DNA of 64,000 bases from a virus (Duplodnaviria; Caudoviricetes), in the IMG/VR virus record IMGVR_UViG_2974673715_000001, positions 64,001 to 128,000 of that record. One strand, 5' to 3'. A program made the position numbers and the translations under genes. A model generated the notes under the pieces. The model worked only from the letters and a program-made list of their open reading frames with translations. It was not told the DNA's origin and made no database searches. Positions 42,103-48,677 of this stretch are shown piece after piece (position 1 is the stretch's first letter; every line of letters begins with the position of its first letter).

Positions 42103-43189
42103 TGAAATTATCGAAAAGAACAAAAGTGGTGATAGTTCTTTGCACGACTGGTTTTCTAAGAGTAAGTCTTCTGATGGGAAGCCTGGTTGGGTTCAGCTCG
42201 GTGGTAAATACGCAGGTAAACCCTGTGCCAAACAACCTGGACAAACAACCAAACCCAAGTGTGGTTCCAGTAAGATGAAAAGAAACCTAAATAAAAAAGA
42301 GGAAGATGCTGCCTTTCGTCGCAAAAACAAGCAAGATCCTAATCCAAACAGAAAAGGAAAAGCAATCAACGTGAAAACAGAATCTACACAAATACACGAA
42401 GGCGAAAAAGACGCATGTTACCATAAGGTAAAATCTCGCTATTCAGTTTGGCCAAGTGCTTATGCAAGCGGTGCACTTGTCAAATGCCGAAAAGTTGGTG
42501 CAAAAAATTGGGGGAACAAAAGTAAGAAAGAAGAATTTGATATGAAGGTAAAAGGATTCCAAAATTTTCAATCAGAATGTTGGAAGACTCATAAAAAAGT
42601 TGGTATGAAAATGAAGGGTGGTAAGTTGGTAAATGATTGTCGTCCTAAAAATGAAGCAAAGGAATACACAGGACCTGACAAAGCAGACAGAAAACTTATC
42701 AAGAAAATGGATAACCCTAGTTATGCTAAAAAGTTAGCAGACTATGAAAAGAACATGGATCCTAAGAAGCGTCAAGCACTTAAGGATAAAGCGACTAAGG
42801 GTATGAAGTTTACTCATGAAGAAACAACCAACGAAGCAAAGAAATGTTGGCCAGGTTATGAGAAAAAAGGAACCCAAAAACTATTCGGCAAAACGTACAA
42901 CCGCTGTGTAAAAAAGGAAGACTTGGAGTATGTCAGAGAAAAAGCAGCAGCATGGACTAGGAAAGCAGGAAAAAACCAATCAGGCGGACTTAACGAAAAA
43001 GGCAGAAAAAGTTACGAACGCGAAAATCCTGGATCTGACCTTAAAGCACCTAGCAAAAAAGTTGGAAACCCCCGCAGGGCATCCTTCTGCGCTAGAATGA
43101 AAGGAATGAAAAAGAAACTAACATCTAAGAAAACTGCATCAGATCCTGATTCAAGAATTAACAAAAGCTTGCGTGCTTGGAATTGTTGA
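42092..43189 (+). CDS. Lys-rich modular hypothetical protein (C-terminal DUF6321-like module; CWxxxxxxG...C repeats)
   Basis: Modules: SLHDWF...GWV...KPC...PKC; DACYHKVKSRYSVWPSAYASGALVKCRK; two CW(K/P)xxxxxG..K..GK..NxC units; AWTRKAGKN..GGLNEKGRKSY...RRASFCARM...RINKSLRAWNC. Confidence 0.75.
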   Translation: MATNEIIEKNKSGDSSLHDWFSKSKSSDGKPGWVQLGGKYAGKPCAKQPGQTTKPKCGSSKMKRNLNKKEEDAAFRRKNKQDPNPNRKGKAINVKTESTQIHEGEKDACYHKVKSRYSVWPSAYASGALVKCRKVGAKNWGNKSKKEEFDMKVKGFQNFQSECWKTHKKVGMKMKGGKLVNDCRPKNEAKEYTGPDKADRKLIKKMDNPSYAKKLADYEKNMDPKKRQALKDKATKGMKFTHEETTNEAKKCWPGYEKKGTQKLFGKTYNRCVKKEDLEYVREKAAAWTRKAGKNQSGGLNEKGRKSYERENPGSDLKAPSKKVGNPRRASFCARMKGMKKKLTSKKTASDPDSRINKSLRAWNC

Positions 43190-43220
43190 TATATAATAGA
43201 CTGTAGTCTGTATAATTAAA

Positions 43221-43445
43221 ATGAAAATCTGTCCGAAGTGTAGTGCTACATGGATCGGGGAACAGTTATATTGGTCTACAGGAAAAGAGGGTTGCCCTCA
43301 TGATCTTGCAGGACTAGTATGTAATAATCATGGAGATGAGACTTGTATTAATCCATGTAAAGGATCCACTAGTGGTCAAACATGGGAATATCGTCGTGGA
43401 ATGATTGATGGTTTGACGGAGGGGTATGGTAAAGATAGTTCGTAA
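43221..43445 (+). CDS. Cys-rich hypothetical protein
   Basis: 74-aa ORF with CPKC...C...LAGLVCN...CINPC. Confidence 0.7.
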   Translation: MKICPKCSATWIGEQLYWSTGKEGCPHDLAGLVCNNHGDETCINPCKGSTSGQTWEYRRGMIDGLTEGYGKDSS

Positions 43446-43941
43446 TGTATGTCATCAATCTGTATTAGATTTTATATTTGAAACAGCAGCAAGAAGAGAA
43501 GCGTGGCATTGGAAGTTCCCTATGGGAGCAGCGTTCGATAAGAAGCATGCAAAATTAGACATTGTAGAAGATGGTAAGATCAAAGATGCTTTCCTAGCAG
43601 GTCTTGCATCTTCTGTTTTGTTGCAAGTATGGGAAGCAAGTAATAGAGAACTATTCATACCTGAGATATTTTATGCGGGTGTGGCAATAAAAGATAAACA
43701 TAGAAAAGATAACGTACATGTAGATGATGCTAACAGAAATGATACCATTAAAATTATGGGTATCTTGAATAGTGACTGGGATCCGAACACGATGGGTGGT
43801 GGATTTATGCATGGTGGTGTCATACATAAATTGAACCCTACCGACTTTTGTATTTTTGATCCAAGGACTCCTCATGCAGCAGAGGATATAATCTGTGATC
43901 ACAAAAGATTTGCCATGGATTTCTCTGTTAAGAAAACGTAA
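43426..43941 (+). CDS. Putative 2OG-Fe(II) oxygenase
   Basis: HxD (HVD), NSDWDP..GGG, FDPRTPH distal His, and a C-terminal R. Confidence 0.7.
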   Translation: MVKIVRNVCHQSVLDFIFETAARREAWHWKFPMGAAFDKKHAKLDIVEDGKIKDAFLAGLASSVLLQVWEASNRELFIPEIFYAGVAIKDKHRKDNVHVDDANRNDTIKIMGILNSDWDPNTMGGGFMHGGVIHKLNPTDFCIFDPRTPHAAEDIICDHKRFAMDFSVKKT

Positions 43942-44001
43942 CAAGCATGCAACTTTAAAATCTATCAACTATAATATAGTGTAGACTTTAAAAGGAGAAC
44001 G

Positions 44002-44169
44002 ATGTTTTTTGCATCACACCCGTCTGTTTATACTTTACCTGGCACATGGGAACCCCAACCAGATGTATTGTATAACCCGACACTTCTTATTTCTCTTGGA
44101 TCAACAGCATTTGCTATTGGTGCGATTGTATCCATTTTAGCGGTTAGGAGAAAGAGAAAACGCATCTAA
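44002..44169 (+). CDS. Small single-pass membrane protein (55 aa; not in ORF track)
   Basis: RBS AAGGAG, then MFFASHPSVYTLPGTWEPQPDVLYNPTLLISLGSTAFAIGAIVSILAVRRKRKRI. It ends 3 nt before the PTOX ATG. Confidence 0.7.
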   Translation: MFFASHPSVYTLPGTWEPQPDVLYNPTLLISLGSTAFAIGAIVSILAVRRKRKRI

Positions 44170-44172
44170 TAA

Positions 44173-44676
44173 ATGACAGACCTAAACACAATTATATTAA
44201 ACACAACCGTTGCCATTATTGATTTTTTGTATAAAGATAGAGACTTCCAAAGATTTTGGGTGCTTGAGGAGATAGCTCGAGCACCCTATTTTGCTTTTTT
44301 GAGTGTCTTACATTTCAGAGAATCAATGGGGTTACGAGGACCAGAACACATTTATCTAATGGAGGAGCATTTTGGTCAAACACTTAACGAAACAGAACAT
44401 CTTGAATATATGGAAAGTCGGGGTGGTAACGCTTATTGGATTGATCGTGCTTTCGCCAAACACCTCGTCCTTATCTACTATTGGATCATGGTGGTTTATT
44501 ATGGGTTATTTCCTGTATCTGCTTACGACCTAAATGAAAAAGTAGAGTGGCATGCTGCACATACATATGAAGAATACCTAACACGTTTTCCAGATGACGA
44601 GGACATAACTCGAATCAAAGATGATGAAATTAAACATGCAAATGAATTATCCAAAGCAATGGAGTTAATTAAATGA
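44173..44676 (+). CDS. ptox: Plastoquinol terminal oxidase (alternative oxidase family), auxiliary metabolic gene
   Basis: RFWVLEEIARAPYFAFLSVLH, ExxH di-iron motifs (NETEH, DEIKH) and VEWHAAHTY. Confidence 0.92.
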   Translation: MTDLNTIILNTTVAIIDFLYKDRDFQRFWVLEEIARAPYFAFLSVLHFRESMGLRGPEHIYLMEEHFGQTLNETEHLEYMESRGGNAYWIDRAFAKHLVLIYYWIMVVYYGLFPVSAYDLNEKVEWHAAHTYEEYLTRFPDDEDITRIKDDEIKHANELSKAMELIK

Positions 44677-44813
44677 GAACCCTAACCAAAAACGAGTATA
44701 AATTAGTATTAGATGCTCTTTGGAAACGTCAGCGATGCTTTATTGCAGGTGATAGAATGTTCAAAGAATACGAGAAACTTATTGAGGAGTTTGAAAATGC
44801 CAGTCTATCGTGA
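44673..44813 (+). CDS. Small hypothetical protein (46 aa; not in ORF track)
   Basis: ATGA overlap with the PTOX stop; MRTLTKNEYKLVLDALWKRQRCFIAGDRMFKEYEKLIEEFENASLS. Confidence 0.65.
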   Translation: MRTLTKNEYKLVLDALWKRQRCFIAGDRMFKEYEKLIEEFENASLS

Positions 44814-45060
44814 CTACGAGATTAGACTTAATCTCAATGAATTAATTGAACACAGGATTCCAACCTGTGACTTGCTGCATCCAGACCACTGCTTATCTGA
44901 AGCACAAGTGGCACAGATAGCACATGATATTAATATGGATTTAGACTTGCACCCAATCTATCATCAGATTGATGATCATATCATGAGATATGTAAAGGCA
45001 GCAGGTATTGATAACTCAGATCACTGGGTTGAGAAAAAACTAAATGATTTAGATTTATGA
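44797..45060 (+). CDS. Hypothetical protein (His-rich)
   Basis: The start is reassigned to ATG 44797 (MPVYRDYEIRLNLNE...), which has the RBS GAGGAG upstream. Confidence 0.7.
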   Translation: MPVYRDYEIRLNLNELIEHRIPTCDLLHPDHCLSEAQVAQIAHDINMDLDLHPIYHQIDDHIMRYVKAAGIDNSDHWVEKKLNDLDL

Positions 45061-45293
45061 AAGGAATGAAAACTACAGAATCTTCTGAACAACTGATTCA
45101 ACGTTTTACCAAACGTACGATGCAGTTGACAGCAAGGAAACAAGAACTTCAATCTGCATATGATGAGTATGTAAAATTAGAAAGAGATCTGACTAGACTT
45201 GAAGGTTCTATGCAAGCAATTGAATATGTTGCTTTCGGCAAATTACCAGGAGATGGTAACCATACTGGTATGAAAGATCACTCTCCCAACTAA
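45057..45293 (+). CDS. Hypothetical protein (coiled coil)
   Basis: 78-aa ORF with ATGA coupling. Confidence 0.7.
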   Translation: MKGMKTTESSEQLIQRFTKRTMQLTARKQELQSAYDEYVKLERDLTRLEGSMQAIEYVAFGKLPGDGNHTGMKDHSPN

Positions 45294-45294
45294 A

Positions 45295-45367
45295 TAAGGG
45301 TGGCGAGGATCGAACTCGCCTTAGCCGAATTATGAGTTCGGTGCATTCACCAGATTGCTACACCCTC
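45295..45367 (-). tRNA. tRNA with CAT anticodon (elongator Met or Ile2/lysidine); CCA not encoded
   Basis: The reverse complement folds as a 73-nt cloverleaf: acceptor GAGGGTG/CACCCTT, D-arm with TGG, anticodon arm CCGAA-CTCATAA-TTCGG, T-arm GCGAG-TTCGATC-CTCGC, discriminator A. It lacks the initiator GGG/CCC anticodon stem. Confidence 0.92.
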
Positions 45368-45385
45368 AATGGAGTTGAAACTATC

Positions 45386-45544
45386 ATGTCCCATTATACT
45401 GTAGGTTATCACGATAAGCAAAATCAACATTATGAAATATGTGAGTATGCTGAAGATGCTTATCATGCTATCAAACAAGCAAGCGAAGATTTAGAAGGAT
45501 TTAATAATCCACACGCAGCAGAATATTGTATCAAAGAAAATTAA
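45386..45544 (+). CDS. Small hypothetical protein (52 aa)
   Basis: MSHYTVGYHDKQNQHYEICEYAEDAYHAI... with GGAG upstream. The longer ORF-track start overlaps the tRNA and is unlikely. Confidence 0.65.
   Translation: MSHYTVGYHDKQNQHYEICEYAEDAYHAIKQASEDLEGFNNPHAAEYCIKEN
45393..45421 (-). promoter_or_regulatory. Putative sigma70-type promoter for the tRNA
   Basis: Minus-strand TTGCTT (45421-45416), 17-nt spacer, TATAAT (45398-45393), ending 25 nt upstream of the tRNA 5' end. Confidence 0.55.
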
Positions 45545-45685
45545 ATGGTTGTCTGGGGTGTCATATGGATGGTCTTTATACTCGTTGTAATCGTCTCTTG
45601 GTATATCTACTATATACTTAGAATGGCATACAAGGAGATGGACGATGGCAGCGATGCAACCACCGAGCAGGAAAAGCTGCTATAA
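45545..45685 (+). CDS. Small membrane protein (46 aa; not in ORF track)
   Basis: MVVWGVIWMVFILVVIVSWYIYYILRMAYKEMDDGSDATTEQEKLL, directly after the previous stop. Confidence 0.6.
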   Translation: MVVWGVIWMVFILVVIVSWYIYYILRMAYKEMDDGSDATTEQEKLL

Positions 45686-46103
45686 CTTTAGAGTAACGGA
45701 GATTAATCGTGTTGTTGACGGGGATACTATTGATGTCACCATTGATTTGGGGTTTGATCTATACAAGAAAGAAAGAGTTAGAATTGCAGGAGTTGATACG
45801 CCAGAGAAAAGAACAAGAGATCTGGAAGAGAAGGCATTGGGAATAGATGCTACAAACTGGATGAAAAAAAATTTGGAAGATGCTATTAATGGAGATGATG
45901 AACTCACTATACGAACTGAACTTAAAGGTGGGGTTGGTAAGTATGGTAGGTTGCTTGGTTGGTTATACGTTGGCGATGATGATGTATCACTCAACGAAAA
46001 AATGATTGTGCAAGGATATGCATGGTCGTACGACGGTGGAACAAAACAAAAAAACTTCGATGAACTCCGTGAAATTAGACGTAGCTTCGGAACTTTGCTC
46101 TAG
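45645..46103 (+). CDS. Thermonuclease (SNase-like) family nuclease
   Basis: RVVDGDTIDV, RVRIAGVDTPE, GKYGRLLG and LNEKMIVQGYAWSYDGG. Confidence 0.88.
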   Translation: MAAMQPPSRKSCYNFRVTEINRVVDGDTIDVTIDLGFDLYKKERVRIAGVDTPEKRTRDLEEKALGIDATNWMKKNLEDAINGDDELTIRTELKGGVGKYGRLLGWLYVGDDDVSLNEKMIVQGYAWSYDGGTKQKNFDELREIRRSFGTLL

Positions 46104-46746
46104 TCTAGCATCGCTGATTAGAACTAAGATTTCAAGGTTACCACATTTAGAAGAACTTGTTTCAGATTATGATGAGGTGCATACAGGTGATGTATCCATT
46201 TATAATTGCATGTGGAATTCTAAGGGTTTAAGAAAGTTACATATAGAAAGAGCAATTACAAATAAAGGGATTGAGATACTACACTGTGTATTATTTCCAG
46301 ATCCAGAGTTTCCTATTCCTATCTTTGGATGTGATATCGTAGAGGCAGGTGGTAAAGTTACTGCTGCTATAGTTGATGTGTCACCAGTGCATAAGGTAGA
46401 TTATAGTTTAGGTAATATAACATATAATTTTAAAAAGAATAGGCATCTACCAGAGTGGGGTGAGATATTTTCACCATGGTGTAAGTTTGTAAGATTAGAA
46501 AAGGATGAGTATGATGACTTTTTATTATTGTGTAGTGAATACTTAGAGGTATTCTGTCACATAGTAAGAACAGCAGAAAGAGAAACAGACTGGAGAAATA
46601 CTATGAGGAGATATGACGATCAGTTATGGTATTGCACATCGCAGATGAAGAACAAGAAAACTGAGGCGGTGCTATCCCAATGGTTCGATAATCCGTGGGC
46701 ATCTAAATATATACAGAACATACTATTTGACAAACCCAAACTATGA
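46060..46746 (+). CDS. pcyA: Phycocyanobilin:ferredoxin oxidoreductase (ferredoxin-dependent bilin reductase)
   Basis: LRKLHIE, ILHCVLFPDPEFPIPIFGCDIV, AAIVDVSP, LPEWGEIFSPWCKFVR and YCTSQMKNKKT. The PcyA catalytic His/Glu/His/Asp pattern is retained. The start is uncertain (46060 chosen). Confidence 0.85.
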   Translation: MNSVKLDVASELCSSLASLIRTKISRLPHLEELVSDYDEVHTGDVSIYNCMWNSKGLRKLHIERAITNKGIEILHCVLFPDPEFPIPIFGCDIVEAGGKVTAAIVDVSPVHKVDYSLGNITYNFKKNRHLPEWGEIFSPWCKFVRLEKDEYDDFLLLCSEYLEVFCHIVRTAERETDWRNTMRRYDDQLWYCTSQMKNKKTEAVLSQWFDNPWASKYIQNILFDKPKL

Positions 46747-46973
46747 GAAGAGAAATGTTGGAAGCTCTCAAGGCACTTGCCATTGGCAACATCAAGAAAG
46801 CAAAGATGAACGTTGAGGTTTACCTTAAGAATCCTGTTGGAATTGGTGAACACCCAGATGTTCTTGGTGCTATTCAAGAACAAATTGATTTGATTGCGAA
46901 AGAAGAGGAACGTTTGGAAGTAATCGAAAAGTATTTTGAAGTAGGAATGGATCTTTATGGTGGATCTGAATGA
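46743..46973 (+). CDS. Conserved phage hypothetical protein (NPVGIGEHPD motif)
   Basis: 76-aa ORF coupled to pcyA and gp17 by ATGA overlaps. Confidence 0.75.
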   Translation: MRREMLEALKALAIGNIKKAKMNVEVYLKNPVGIGEHPDVLGAIQEQIDLIAKEEERLEVIEKYFEVGMDLYGGSE

Positions 46974-48613
46974 GTGATCAGTATCTCGGCAACCCAAATC
47001 TAAAAAAAGTTAACACATCAATTGACTTCAAACCAGAAGAAGTTGCTGAGGTATTGAAGTGTCAAGATGATCCCATATATTTTATCAAAAATTATATCAA
47101 GATCGTTTCTCTAGATGAGGGTCTAGTTCCATTTAACATGTATCATTTCCAAGAGGAAATGGTATCTAAGTTTCATGATCATAGATTCAATATCGCTAAA
47201 CTACCACGACAGAGTGGTAAGTCTACCATTGTTACTGCATACTTACTTTGGTATGTGTTATTCAATCCAAATGTCAACGTAGCAATCCTTGCAAACAAAG
47301 CAGCAACTGCTAGGGAGATGCTTCAAAGATTACAATTAAGTTATGAAAACCTCCCAAACTGGATGCAACAAGGAATCCTCCAATGGAACAGAGGTTCTCT
47401 GGAACTTGAAAACGGCAGTAAAATCATGGCTGCTTCTACTTCCGCTTCTGCTGTCAGGGGTATGTCATTTAACGTTATATTTCTGGATGAATTCGCGTTC
47501 ATTCCGAATCATATCGCTGATCAGTTTTTTAGTTCTGTTTATCCAACTATTTCCTCAGGTAAGTCTACGAAAGTTATTATCATATCTACTCCTCACGGAA
47601 TGAATATGTTCTACAAACTCTGGCATGATGCAGAGCGTGGAACGAATGAATATGTGCCTACGGAAGTTCACTGGTCGGAAGTGCCAGGTAGAGATGATGT
47701 ATGGAAAGAGCAAACTATTAAGAACACATCAGAATCTCAGTTTCGTGTTGAGTTTGAGTGTGAGTTCTTAGGATCTGTTGATACATTGATTGCTCCTAGT
47801 AAGTTGAGAATCATGCCATATCATGATCCAATTACATCTAATCGTGGACTTGCAGTATATGAACAAGTAATTCCAGAACATAATTATATTATCACTGTTG
47901 ACGTATCGAGAGGTGTTGGTAATGATTACTCAGCATTTTGTGTAATAGATACCACAACTATTCCTTATAAGATGGTTGCCAGATATAAGAACAATGAAAT
48001 TAAACCTATCGTTCTACCAAATATTATCGTAGACATAGCAAAGAATTATAATAACGCATACATCTTATGTGAAGTAAATGATATTGGTGGACAGGTAGCA
48101 GATATTATTCAGTTTGATTTGGAGTATGAGAATTTGTTGATGGCTGCAATGAGAGGTCGTGCAGGTCAACAACTAGGTCAAGGTTTTTCTGGTAAGAAAA
48201 CACAACTTGGTGTTAAGATGTCTACAGCAACAAAACAAGTTGGATGTTCTAATCTCAAAGCATTAATTGAAGAAGATAAATTGCTTATAAATGATTATGA
48301 CACGATTGCGGAATTAACAACGTTCATTGCGAAAGGTCAAACATTCCAAGCGGAAGAAGGTTGTAATGACGACCTTGCTATGTGTTTAGTAATTTTTGGT
48401 TGGATGGCAATGCAACCATACTTTAAAGAGATGCACGATAATGACGTACGTCAACGCATCTATGAACAACAGAAAGATATGATTGAACAAGACATGGCAC
48501 CATTTGGTTTTGTAACTGACGGAATGGAAGATGATTATTTTGCAGACGCACAGGGCGATGTGTGGAAAGTCGCGGAATACGGGGATAAATCCTACATGTG
48601 GGAGTTTAGGTAA
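46970..48613 (+). CDS. gp17: Terminase large subunit gp17
   Basis: YLGNPNLKK, Walker A PRQSGKST, Walker B IFLDEFAF, STPHGMN, and the nuclease motifs DVSRG / NDDLAM. Confidence 0.97.
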   Translation: MSDQYLGNPNLKKVNTSIDFKPEEVAEVLKCQDDPIYFIKNYIKIVSLDEGLVPFNMYHFQEEMVSKFHDHRFNIAKLPRQSGKSTIVTAYLLWYVLFNPNVNVAILANKAATAREMLQRLQLSYENLPNWMQQGILQWNRGSLELENGSKIMAASTSASAVRGMSFNVIFLDEFAFIPNHIADQFFSSVYPTISSGKSTKVIIISTPHGMNMFYKLWHDAERGTNEYVPTEVHWSEVPGRDDVWKEQTIKNTSESQFRVEFECEFLGSVDTLIAPSKLRIMPYHDPITSNRGLAVYEQVIPEHNYIITVDVSRGVGNDYSAFCVIDTTTIPYKMVARYKNNEIKPIVLPNIIVDIAKNYNNAYILCEVNDIGGQVADIIQFDLEYENLLMAAMRGRAGQQLGQGFSGKKTQLGVKMSTATKQVGCSNLKALIEEDKLLINDYDTIAELTTFIAKGQTFQAEEGCNDDLAMCLVIFGWMAMQPYFKEMHDNDVRQRIYEQQKDMIEQDMAPFGFVTDGMEDDYFADAQGDVWKVAEYGDKSYMWEFR

Positions 48614-48624
48614 GGTTTCAAAAA

Positions 48625-48632
48625 TATAAATA
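48625..48632 (+). promoter_or_regulatory. T4-type late promoter (TATAAATA)
   Basis: Exact consensus upstream of gp18. Confidence 0.8.
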
Positions 48633-48677
48633 ATCCTAGACATCTGATGTTGGAATCACCCTAGGAGAAAATTAACC

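Noticed and set aside
43186-43216. Possible sigma70 promoter TTGATA...TATAAT with an AGACT-GT-AGTCT palindrome
   Set aside because: The 19-nt spacing is non-canonical and the -10 is only 4 nt from the ATG; the signal is too weak to call in AT-rich DNA.
45332-45385. 5' extension of ORF 45332-45544
   Set aside because: It overlaps the minus-strand tRNA; ATG 45386 with an upstream GGAG is the more plausible start.
46970-48613. Intron, intein or homing endonuclease in the terminase, capsid or helicase genes
   Set aside because: gp17, gp20, gp23 and uvsW have normal lengths and uninterrupted motifs, and no HNH, GIY-YIG or LAGLIDADG ORF was recognised.
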